Shown: positions 1 to 11,353 of the stretch, one piece after another
How positions within the stretch are numbered: the first letter of the stretch is position 1
Layout: each line of letters opens with the position of its first letter
Source of the DNA: Raillietiella orientalis
Taxonomy: Eukaryota
Assembly: GCA_036172245.1 (NCBI GenBank)
Contig: JAYWIR010000011.1
Location: 124,001-188,000 of the forward strand
Length of the DNA stretch: 64,000 nucleotides
Reading direction: 5' to 3'
Program-made: the position numbers and the translations under genes
Notes under the pieces: generated by a model
What the model was told of the DNA's origin: nothing
The model's input: the letters and a program-made list of their open reading frames with translations, nothing else
Database searches by the model: none

Positions 1-359
1 TTCGCTCTCCCTGCAGAGCGTCGTTTCGCAACCTCCTCGCGCAGTTTGCATCCCAAGGCGAATCCCGCGTGACGAAACGGCAACTGCGGCGCTCCAAACG
101 GTGTGTGTCATCCGGGTCGGCCGTCGAAACAGTTCCGGGATCGGCGAACGAATCCAGACCTCGATGGTGATACTCCCGTGCATCGGGTACTCGCGTCCGC
201 CCCAGCAACACCTGGCCATGCTCCCCATCTCTTCCGAACCCCGGTTGCCGTTCTCGGAGATCCCTGCGCGGAAGTTCGAAACTATCTCGCAACGCGCGCG
301 GGGAAAAGCTGCGCAGGCGTGAACGGGGGGACTGCTTGCTGACCACCCGTGTATTCTAG

Positions 360-3300
360 ATCGTTTCATCGTACTTCATGCTCAACCTGTTCCAAGAATT
401 CGTGAAGGTCGTGTACTTGGACACGTTGCTGCAGCACCTGGGCATCTCCTTCAGCCTGAGGACCGTCTTCACCCTGAACATCGTGGCCACTTACGCCATC
501 CTCGTGACTTCTCCCGCAGGTGAGCAGCATCCCTCCCCCTCCTCTCATCCTCCCCTTCCCCCTCCCCGCCACGTCGAAGACTGCGTTCTTTGCGAGGTCC
601 CCAGCACTGTTCCTGTATTTCCGAGCCAGCCACGTCTACCAGATCTTGGTGTACGCCGTGTGCATGGGATGCATGATGGCGTATTGCTGCGTGACCGGCG
701 TGTACATCTCGACGCTCCTGCTGCGGAAGGACCAGGTGCTGCTGGACTTCACCGAGGGAGTCATGGCGATCGTGCTCGGTTACGACGGTGCCGAGAGCGT
801 GCCCATGAAGCTGCTGCATGCTGTACAGTCGCAGATGCACTGCTGTGGAGCACAGTTGAGTTCCCGTTACCTGTTCCCGCTGCTTCCCGCCGTCCACCGC
901 TGCCGCCGGGAGCGCGTCGCACCGCGACTCTCCTCGCCTCCCGCGTCTCGTGCGGGGGCACCGTCCGGCTGTACAGCTGTGGACGGTCACGCGCTCGGCG
1001 GCGGCTCGGGTGAAGAATGGGACCCGTCGACAGGGCCGCAGCGCCCCGTCCTTCGCCGCTTCGAAAGGGCGTCGCCTTTCGTTCCATACCGAAAGCGACG
1101 ACAGTTGACGCGGAGCTCCCGTGGGGGTCTCCTTGGAGGCAGCTTCGCTGCTGGGCGTTTGCCTCCAGAGGAAGGTTCCGCGCTCCCCTTTTCGCCCGTT
1201 TCCCGCGGGCGCGGCGGCCGGCTGCGCTCATGGCTTGCTTGACTGCGCACGCGAGATTGCCGCCGCTCTCCGTCAGGGAAAAGGGAGACGCGCACTCCCC
1301 ACCCCGTGCTGCCACCTTGCCTCCAGAAATCTCCGGAACGAAGAATGTTACGCGTCCGCGGAGAGAGTCCTTCCGGCGCCTTGGGGGTGCAGACCCCAGC
1401 GAAAACAGGGAGGAGATGCGAGGGTGAGATTTGACGAGGGGGCGGGTCTCTCCGGGACCAGGATGAACCGGACACGCTCTGGAGGAGTGGCTTTCCCGAG
1501 CAGGAAGTACCAGCCCGCACCAGCAAGCATTCCGGCAGGTGGAGGCAGCAACCGATCACCGACCGCGCGGGGCGAGCCGTCCTGACTGCTGCTGCTGCTG
1601 CTGCTGGTCCAGCACCGGGAAGAACGCGCCAAAGCGTGGCTCTTCGTGCGCCGCGGGTCACCACCGATCTCGTGGCGCCCTCTCCTTTGTCTGGTTGGAT
1701 CCTGCGCGCACGTCCGACTACCTCAGCTCGCACTGCTTTGACGCTCCCGCGGATCCCACGGGGAGGTGATCACGAGGCCGGCGAGATCCGCGGTGCAGCT
1801 CGCCCGCGACCGGAACGGATGGACGTTCGTCCACCCTGCCCTTCGGGGGGAATCGCGAGACTGGCGCGGGGCCTCCGGCCCGTCTTCTCGCCGTTCGCGA
1901 TGTGTAGGAGGCGCTCAGCGGCCGCTCATCAGGCAGCCCACGAGGAACTCCCTCCTTTCTGGGAGGGTGCGCAATTCCTCGCTTCGAATTCCTCCCTTCG
2001 GTGACCGCATTGCAGCTCACCGCCTTCTCGCCGGGCATTTTGGTCACGTCTCTCCTCCGCCAGAGTCGGGGGCCGGCGCGCAGTTCTGCCTCCTTTCCCG
2101 AATCTCGCTTCGTGTTGCTCCCCCTCCTTTCTTCGCGACCCAGTTGCCAGGCTGCGGACTTGTGCGACAGTGCCTCTCCCCCATAATTGGAAGCGCCCCG
2201 TGTTCTGCATCATATGAATAGGTAATAATGGATGGTCGCGTGTTTCACAATTTGCCTTGTGCGCGCTGTTTGCTATCTGCACCGATGTGTACATTCCGAT
2301 TTTCGTGAACTTCCACGGTATCGGCGGAGTAATGGAGACGCCTTTCATCTGTCCCGAGCATCCACGGTTGGCGGGAGGCTTCGAGGACCGGTGGCTCGGC
2401 CCCTGCTTTGTCGAATATCCGGGGGAGGGGATGGCGGGGAGTTGAATCGCCGGAGTGAGCTTCAGAGATCGGAGGCTGTCCCGCCATCTATCAAGAGACG
2501 CTGCAACGAAACGCCAAGTGCGGAGCCGTTGCCTGGCAGACGTGCCGTTCCGAGGATTGTGAGGAAGGAGCACTTTCCACACTTGGACCCTTCTTCCCTT
2601 CCCCGGGTTTTTTTTCTTTTCTTTTCGAAGGGAAGGGGGTCAGATAGGAGTTATGGTGCGTACGATTACTCGTACACCCTACATACTTGAGTACGTTGCG
2701 TGTTGTCATGCGTAGTGTGCGAGCTTTACCGGAGCTCGGAGCTAGCGTGTAGGCCTTTTGGTCACAGTGGAACGAGGGTGTCCCGTTGGGGAAAATGTGC
2801 TGTGGATAGCAATTTCTATGCACAGTGGATGCCAATTTCTATAGATTACAAAAAGGGAAAACTTTTTTTTTTTTTTTTTTTGGGTGGGGGGGGGACGTTG
2901 TTTGGATGTCATAACTTTACTCATCCAAGCCATCAAGTGACCGCAAGTCTTATCTTGAGAAGTTTAACATCAGTTCCGAAAACTTGTCCATGACTGCACA
3001 AATGCTGCAGGCTGCATCGCAGGTCCCCCCATCTCCGTTTTAGGCGATGGGGACTAGTGGTACATGCGGGTAGGCAGTGAGCTGCTCGTTTACGTGGAGA
3101 GCATCAGTAAATTCGTAGACAAGAAGAGAGCGGATGCATGGCGCACCGGGTGTGTACCGAAGTGGTCTCTTTTACAAAACGAAGCCTTTGAAGCTGTTTC
3201 GTGAACGGGGAGGCGAAGACAAAAGCCAGCAAGAGCAGGCGGGTCACATCCGGGCCAGTGTCCTGAACGTGGAATTCGAAAGTAAAATAAAGGGAGGTGA

Positions 3301-5898
3301 AGGAAGAGCAGAAGTGAGGCAGGCACCACCGGCCCTGGCGCTTCGAGTGGTGGCCGTTTCTCGGAAAGAAGTGGCACTCTTAAAGGAAATCGACGGTGAA
3401 CGCGACGGTTTGTCGTGGAAATGGGGAAGCAGCTTAGGTGGTCACGAGACACGGTTTGCGAGGCGTTCTTGCGCGTGTTCGTGGTAGGTAGGAGGACCCG
3501 AAGAAGTGCGAGTTCTAGGAAATGCGGTGTAGATCTGTGTGTTTAAGAAAGCTGACGAGCGTTTTCGCAAGACTGGTGGTCAAGTGGAGGACGCGACCAC
3601 CGCCTTTGTCGAGTGGATTCAAGCGCCAGTGTCCCTTGCATGAAATTCGTATTTCTGGAGAGGAAAGCGCAGCGTGTGCGGTGGGGCACAGGGAAGCCCC
3701 GGATGCACTAAACATCCAGTACTCGCGCCTTCCCACCGCAAGTCCACGTCCCGTTGACTTCAGGATGCGTGTCGAGTTTGCTGTAAGGTCGTGCAGCACG
3801 ACCCTTCTGCACGCGGAATGCCGCCGCGCCGCACCGCGTGCATCCGTCGACGGTGTGCCGAAGGCGTTATCTCGGATTTTGGGCAAACCCATCCCGAGGT
3901 CGAATTGCGGCGGTTGCGGAAACGAGTTCGCGTGCATTCCGGCAACCTCAGCCCTGCCTTCTTTGTGGGAAGCAGCTCGTCACTACAGGTGAGCTTTCAG
4001 CATCCTCTTCCTGATCAGGTCGTTCTGCACGTGCAGGACAATTCATTTTTCTTTTCTTTTTCCTGGTTTCCGTAGCAGTTATCTGGATTATCAACACAAT
4101 AAGCGGATCGATTCCCTCAGGCGTGTATCTGTCAATGTCTTGGCTCCCAAAAGCTGCTGCAGAAGTTTGGCATTCGCTTTGAATTGCTCGCAAGACCCTG
4201 GCCGGGTATTCAAGGAGGTAAAAGCACTTGCAAAGCTCGGTTTGCACTTTCCAGAATTTTTCCGCCGCAAAATCGCATCAGCCATCATTCTGTGCATACA
4301 GTGTAATGAAGTGCATACATAGTATTTCAAATAAATCATTGCATTGCAGCATTCCTTTATTGCCCATGTCTTATCGAAAGTATTTTTTTTTTTTTTTTAT
4401 TTTTTTTTTGCAAAAGACAGCATGCGCGCACAAGGCCACACCAGCTGCTTTTATGGTGCAACGAAGTGCTTTTTCATAGTACTGATAAAATGATGTTGAT
4501 GCTGCATCTTGACTGGAGAGCATCCTCGTGGGCATTCGTGCCAGATGATCTCGCACGCGCTGCGCGTGCACGAAACACGGATCCTGTGCCCCGTGTGCGC
4601 GACTCTTCGGAGAAAGGTCCGCTGACGGTAAGAGCGAAGACCTCCGGGAAGCTGCTCCGATCGTGCGGCGTCAGCCTGGCGTGGGTGGATTCGCACACAG
4701 AGCGCCCATTCTGTGTAGGTCTCGGCCGGACGCTTCCCGCAAGTGACCGAACCCCCTCGATGATGCTCGTGCGGTTCCGCTTCCGCCGGGTCGACCCCTC
4801 CTCCTCCGCCGTCGAGCGAACCGCCTCCGCGTGCTGCGCGGCACGCCAGATCACGGATCCGTGCGCACAACCCGTGAGAAGGATGCGACCCGCACGCGTC
4901 GCGCAGCCGCCATCTTGCGCCGCGGCTACGAAGCGCGCCCGAGACACCGCACCTACGCGCGCGCGCGCACGTCACCCGCCTTCGACGCCCGTTTCGCGGC
5001 CGACCCCGCATGATGGGCGCACGGGAAGGCTGCTGCGGCACTTCGGGCCGGAAGTCCACTTGTGGCGGAGTCTGCACGAAATCTTACACGCGCCGCGTCA
5101 CAACCAATGCTACGAGGCAGAAGCAACACGTGGGACGTGTTGGCTGCTGAAACGTCTCCGTGTGTCTCCCTAGCAACCTGAGGTCTAACCTTCTGCTTTC
5201 AAAAGTGACGACAGATTTTCGAGCCCAGTGCCCTCGCTCGCGAAGAGTGCAAGGAGTCGAGAATGCCGCGAGGAACTCCTGCGATGGAACCGACGCGTTC
5301 CCCGTCTCCTTTCCACAATGCTCCCTGATCCCGTTTTCTCCGAGAAGGCCGTTAGAATTCCGCCGGTTGCGCGCCGGCGGCGGAGGGGGCAGAGGTCGAA
5401 ACCCGGTTCTCTCCGAGAGCGCTCGAAAACATCGCTCCTTTCCCCTCACTCAAGGGATGCTCCTACACGCTCCTGAGGACGTATTCGAACATTTCTGGAA
5501 ATCTCTTGGCTCTCTTTCTGCTGGCATTCCTTCAGCTGGTAACCGTCGTCACGATTGCTGTCCATCTGCAGTATCTTCCTCATCCGCCCGTGGCTGCTAA
5601 GGACGACGATGCCGGTGAACCGGTAAATGCATCCCTTTCCCGTTTGATCCGAATTCAGCGGGAATGCGTAGCCCAGTCTCGACGTCAGGGGTCGGGAGTC
5701 TGTCGGCAGATTTTTCCAAGACCTGGAAAAGGACGACATGTTCCGATTTTCCATCGGGGACGATCTGGAGCTGCTGAAGAAAGCCGAGTCTGGTTCTTGA
5801 AAGCCTCGACTTGCTTGTTGGCCTCCTCGTGTCCACAGGCTCCCGGGGTGCGTCGTTCAAATAAAACTCCCCGGCTCTCGGAAGGAAGGATCAGGTGA
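360..5898 (+). CDS. Divergent tetraspanin, 5'-partial; exons 360-519, 605-854, 4076-4217, 5455-5898 (3' end uncertain)
   Basis: AG/GT-bounded exons join in frame (phases 1, 2, 0). They give hydrophobic TM segments, then QSQMHCCGAHSYLDY (CCG motif), LAPKSCC (PxSCC), a further Cys, and GC before a TM4-like LLALFLLAFLQLVTVVTIAVHL. This is the six-Cys tetraspanin EC2 signature. The TM1/start exon lies upstream of the window. Confidence 0.8.
1586..1606 (+). repeat. (CTG)7 microsatellite
   Basis: Read directly from the sequence. Confidence 0.9.
3100..3750 (+). mobile_element. Decayed pogo/Tigger-like DNA transposase remnant in the tetraspanin intron
   Basis: SSGFKRQCPLHEIRISGEESAA (about 3610-3675) resembles the CENP-B-type HTH end motif of Tigger transposases (GW..RFK.R..L.....GE.ASA). 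Frames are broken and no TIRs were identified. Confidence 0.35.
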
Positions 5899-7371
5899 CT
5901 TTGGAGAGTCCTTCTTCCGCCTGGAGGGCAGTTGGGCGCGCACGCAGTTCTGCCGGCTCTTCAGCTCCCTCCCCCCGTTTTGCTGCCCGGTGTTGTGCCC
6001 TGTCCGTCCCCGACCGAAATCTGGCCCAGCGCTAGCTCAACCCCTTGCTCTCCTCGCGAAAGCTTCCTCTCAATGGAGCTTCCTCTTCCGCTTCAGTTTG
6101 CGGGTGGCTCCGAGACCTCAGGAGTTCGAGCGCAGGGCGCCGTCACGCACACGGAGGAACACTCCCGGACGGGACGCGCGCTTGGAAGCCCGCGCGTCCC
6201 GTCGCGAGGAACGCTCTCCCTCCGAGTTCCAGCCCCGGTTCTCCTCTGCTAGTCGCCTCATCAGGAGCTCCGGATCGCAGCATCCGGCGGTTGCTCTTGG
6301 CTGGAAGCCCGAATCAGATGGGGAGCTTCCCAAGTTCGCCGTTCAGGGCCGCAGCCGGTAAGGAAAGGTTGCGGATCGATTTTCAGTCCTCCGAAGCTGG
6401 CGCGCGCCCTTTGGCGAGGCTGCCGTCCGAAACGAACCCGAGTTGCCTTGACCGCTAGCGGGTCTAAAGGACCGGAAAACGGCTTCTACCCTCGAGGACT
6501 GGAGGCGGCGAGTCCCCTGACAGGGTCGACCTTGTCGACTTCGCCTGCTTGACGGTGAACCCAATCAATGTGGGGGAGGGGTACTTTGAAGCAGTTCGCG
6601 TGGAGCACGGCGGCGCTTCCTCTTGCCTCCGAGGCGGCAGCGGCAGCTCCTCGCCGCCTTTCGTGGGAGAACCGAGGTGCTCCGAAGAAAGAGATCGGGG
6701 TGGAGGCGCCGTGGGCCTTGGGCGGAGGGAGAAAGGAAAGCGCTTCCGCGTCTCTGCCGCCTGCTGGATCCCCTTCCGGCACGCCGTTCACCCGGGATGC
6801 GGGTTGCGCGGACGACGCCTGTAGGCGTGTTGGAGCGCAGCTGCAAAGTCGCGGGGTCTGGGGGGCTCCCCTGACGGAACGAGGGCGCTTGGCGGAGGAG
6901 CGTGGCACTCGCGTCGTCCGCTGCCAAAAAGTGTTTTTCCTTCATCTCGCGTCGTCCCGCGTGCGTGGGCCACGGGACCGCACCTTCCCTGGGCAGCTGC
7001 GCGTAGGCTTTGGTAGACAGGGAACGAGGTCTCGCTCGCAGGTCAGCGAAACGAATGCAGGCGGAATCCTCTGACGCCCCCACGGACCTCTTTCCAAATG
7101 CGGGTGGGCGTGGCACTGCTCGGGGAGGGAGGGGGAGGGGAGGCGAGCTTCACGAGTCAGCCAGATACGGAACGCGAGATCCGCGGGCGGCGGCTTGCGA
7201 GCAGATGGCCTCAGGAAAGCGTGGCTTCCCTGGTCACCCGTTCTTTGGTAAACCGCGACGGGCCCGAACATAACTGCGACACCAGGTGCCGTTGTCCTCC
7301 TCCTTGCGCTTCCGGTCGTTCTCCCCTCCGGAGAGATCTCTTTCCGTGCCGAGAACGCGTTGCAGACCGAC

Positions 7372-7525
7372 GTCACTGCAGGAGCGTCCTCATACTGCTC
7401 CCGACGAATGATGGCGTCCTCGATGGTCGCACGCTGAGATCTGGGGAGTAGGTTAACCCCAGCCACCCACACACCCTCCAGTGTTCCTGCGAGGGGAGGT
7501 TTCCTCTGGACGGCAGATGGTGGAG
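7372..7525 (-). repeat. Interspersed repeat copy, inverted relative to 10447-10592
   Basis: The reverse complement shares CTCCCCAGATCTCAGCGTGCGACCA, CCACCATC.GCCGTCC and GAGGACGCTCCTG with 10447-10592. Confidence 0.75.
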
Positions 7526-9849
7526 TCAGTCTGACCGCGGGCCGAGCAAGAGATCCCGAGCTGAAGGTGGGCTGAAGATTCTGTTGCGATGCCTGTGAGG
7601 TTGTGACCTCCCAGGTAGCTCAGGGCACGATCGCGTGTTCCAGCGATGCTGGGAGCGTCACGTCGTGTAAGGGAAGGGAAGTGTCGTGTCGACTACGTTG
7701 CATTTCGCTTCGTCCCGAAGTCAGACTCAGCTCGTGACCGAGCGTGGCCTTACTCCCAGAATCAGCTGGCGCTCCCTGGGCCTACCGGTCATCCCCTAGC
7801 AGAAGCGAGCCGAGAAAATGCGCAAGGCCATGCTGCCAGGCCCGTTCGCAAACCAAGTTGCATCTTCGCGTCTTCCTGACAGGCAGAGGCCCGACCAAGT
7901 GGTGCATTTTGAGGGTGCGTCTGTTCGCTCCGAGTGGGCCCAACGCTCCGGTCGTCGCTCGCAACGGCCGCTCTCGTTCCTTTGGCGTGGGGAGGGAAAC
8001 CCCCTCTCCCCTTCCCTCTCCCGAAGCAACCCAAAGGACCTCTCGGGCGATACCAGCTGCTCTCCGGCGCGAACACGGAAGACACCAAGCTCAGTGGCAG
8101 GCGCTCTCCTGGCAGAGCCATCTCGTGGACGGCACGCGAACAACGAGGAATGCGTGCGAGGCGTGTGCTGTGCCTTCAAGCCGACGGTCGGTAGGCGCTC
8201 GCTAGCTGCCAGACGATTTGAAGAGGCAGGACCGTTCCGGTCGATCTCGTTGGCAAATGCCCAACGGACCAGTGGCGTCTGCGTTCCTCGGCAAACAGTC
8301 CCCTCCGTTGTGTTCGGGTCGTGCGCTCCAGACAGTGCTATTCGTGGAAGAGGAACCAGGAGATGCGCTTCCACGGTTCGGCCGCGCCGGCAGCGGGAGG
8401 AGCCCTGGGGCTGCTCACGTAGAAACACCCAACGATCTCATCTGCCTTGCCACCTGTTTTTGTTCTGTTTTTCTGCAGAACACGTCGTGACGTGTGGATC
8501 ACCAGCATCTTCGCATCCTCTCTTCTTTGCAACGCCTCCTTCGTTGCTGGGAGCCACGCAATAAGGTTCGGCGAAGACGTTGCTGCTTCCGTCCAGGTTC
8601 ACCGCGGTCTTCCTCATCAGCCTGGCTGTCCGTCGGCACGGTCGAATGCGGCCTCCCCTTTCCGTTCCGGCGGCGGCGGACAGCTGGCACGGAAAGTGTC
8701 CCCGGTCCGATCGACTAATCGGCTGCAGCGGACTACGTCCGCGGAATGACTGCCCACCTTCAGCTCGGAATCTCTTGCTCGGCCCGCGGTCACTGCAGAT
8801 CGCTCTCTCCTTCCCTCCAAGTCTAACCGCGGATCGTGGAGCTCCTGAAGGACTGCACCGTCATGAGGGATCCCCATGAGCCTCGCGAAACGACCGCAGA
8901 CCCACGTCCTCTAGCGCTCGCGCTCCCGACTCGGACAGCGGGACAACTTCTCTCCCTCTGGAGGCGCCTCTTAAAGGAGGGAGAGATAAGCCCGGCAGAA
9001 CGGGAGGAGCGGCGATCGGCGAAACGACCGTGACGGGGGTTTCCCTGCGAGGTCACTGCTGGCCTTTTTCTGGACGGTGGACACTGTTGCTCAGAGAGTG
9101 CTTCCCGCGAGATAACCACACCGTGACATGAGAAACGCAGCCGGAAAGCGTAGTAGGGATTGCCTGCGTTTCTGGACGACGATGATTCCTGTGCTCTTCC
9201 AGCATCCACTTGCCACTTGGACGTGGGAAAATGGTCTCGAGGCTGCCTGCACGGAGGACAACCGAGCTCCCTGTCTGCGGGATGCAGAGACAGGGAGACT
9301 CGCTGCAGAGCAACTCTCCAGGACAACCTCGTTTATGGGCCAGGATCTTCTCAGGGAACCTCGTTTGTGGGCCGCTTTTCGGGCAAAGAATAGGTCTTCA
9401 TAGGGCGCAAAGCCGTTTGCTGGGCTTGGCGGCCTTCGGGTCCCCGCGTTTCCACGTCGAGCTTGATCGAGGACAACGCGGGAATAACGCGCTTCGAGCA
9501 CCAGACGTTCCCGCCAGAGGTTGCCGTCGCTGTAGGGCGCCTCTCGGGATACACCGTGAGGGATAGGCGCACGTCCCTCGCTGCGAAGGCGAACTGAGCT
9601 TGAGGCTTTTCCCTTGCGGAGCCAATGTGCCGCAGTGACGCGACGCACTCCCGGGCGCTTCGTGTTCCACGGATGCGTGCAAGTGGGGCGCCGAGTTGGG
9701 CTCGGAGGCACGCCAAGCCGTGGTGCTCGAAAAGCTGTGGCATGTGTGCTTGCCTGGAGTTTGGAGCGGGGGTGTTCCGGACGTGCTTTGAGGGCGGCTC
9801 TGCGCAAAATTGGCACGCGAGGGAGGGGGGGGGGAGCCAAGAATCCTGA

Positions 9850-10290
9850 AGCGCATCGGCACGTACCCAGTGCACCTAGGTGGTCGTCGGGACGAATCCA
9901 CAAAAGGCGAAAAGCACGTGCGCTCCGATCACCTTGAAGGACAAATCGGGCCACCAGTTCGCCACCTGAGGCCGCTGCAAAATGGAACCCTGCTGTTGCA
10001 CTGGGGCCTCGCGTGCAGCGCCAGCGGATACCATTGGACCCAGGGGAGGAGGTGAGCCCAAACTGCGGCAGGTGCGTCGAGAGAGAGTCCCTCTCGCACC
10101 TGCTCAGGGGGATTGTGTCACCCTCCGCTCCATGTGGGAACGCTTTGCAGCGTCCATGCGGATCCCCGAAGGCAACCCCAGAGACGTTTTAAGGCGCCTC
10201 TTCTTGCGCGACGCCCTCACGCCGGCCGCATCCCTAGCAGCACTTTCTCGTCCCTACGTGGGGTCCTGGCTGCATGGAGCTACTCCAGGG
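9850..10290 (+). mobile_element. Degenerate Tx1/L1-like ORF2 C-terminal (zinc-finger) fragment
   Basis: Across frameshifts it reads LLLHWGL, CGRCVERESLSHLL, DCVTLRSMWERF, RDALTPAASLAA and LRGVLAAWS, which align with the element at 38140-38430. Confidence 0.7.
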
Positions 10291-10446
10291 GTGGTCAGAA
10301 CGAGAGGAACGCCATCTAGTCGTGCGACCGGCCTCAGGCCGGCTACACGTCGTGAAGCAGCCTTTCTGCTGCGTTCGCTGCATCTCTCGTGGGGAACAAC
10401 GAAACGTGAATGCGCGTAGAGAGTCCAACCCTCCTGAACAGCAACG

Positions 10447-10592
10447 CCACCATCAGCCGTCCGGGGAAGCTCCCCTCTGCGGGGATACTGGAGGAGGGGG
10501 TAACCTGCTCCCCAGATCTCAGCGTGCGACCACCGAGGGCGCCATGCGTCCGTTACTTCATCGTTGGAAGCAGGAAGAGGACGCTCCTGAAG
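10447..10592 (+). repeat. Interspersed repeat copy, partner of 7372-7525
   Basis: Same shared blocks as listed for 7372-7525. Confidence 0.75.
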
Positions 10593-11353
10593 AGAATGGG
10601 AGGTGACTGCCGGATCTCCGGGGTCACCCAGCCCACTGTGCAGTGGGAAAGCGCCCATTTCCTAGCGAACGGAGGCTGCATTGGTCGGGAAGGATGCCGG
10701 TGGCCACGAAGAATTCGGGCGTCGCCTGCGATGCCTGCGCCACATCACTCGATTCCCGCGTTCCTCTCAATCCGGAGTCACCGTGCGCGTGTTTCCAAGA
10801 CGCTTCGCCGCCGCGAACCAGGCTTTTTCTCCCTCCCGTGAGGGACTCCATCCGGGGACGAGGCCGAAGAGCGCTCGGTCGCGAGCCTCGGGAAGGGCTG
10901 CCTTCGGAGGAAGTCTCGCGGCAGGAACGACCGAGAGTCGACCTCGTTTCGGTTCCCTCGCCAACAGGGCGGAGCGCCTTGCTGAGGAAGGGGAAACCGA
11001 GAAGTCGGACCTCACGTGGATTCCGAGGGAGCAACGCGAAGGCGCGCGGGATGGAGGTGCTTGGAAACGCTGCTCGTCCGGAGGACGCTTGGGTGCCGGC
11101 GAAAGCGTCCACGGTCGCGCGGCGTCCGTTCTGCTCAACCGCCGGAACAAGCGCGGGCATGAAGAGGAGCAGCCGGCAGCTTGTTTCCCGCCACCGCGCG
11201 CCGGCTGCTGGCGAAGCACGAATAGCAGCCAGGGGTGGGAAAGACGTGTCACCCACGTCAGGTGCGAGCATCGGCGGCGGCGGCGGGGATGCCCACTGAC
11301 AGGCAACCACCGAAGAGTCGAACTGGGGGTCCCGGGAGGCCGACCTTTATTGC

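Noticed and set aside
1539..1769. PDCCCCCC as the tetraspanin PxxCC exon
   Set aside because: It is a (CTG)7 microsatellite; the PKSCC exon at 4076-4217 has proper splice sites and phase.
3020..3060. Hairpin followed by CTAG, like a Helitron 3' end
   Set aside because: The hairpin abuts CTAG without the usual spacer, and no matching 5' end or second copy was found.
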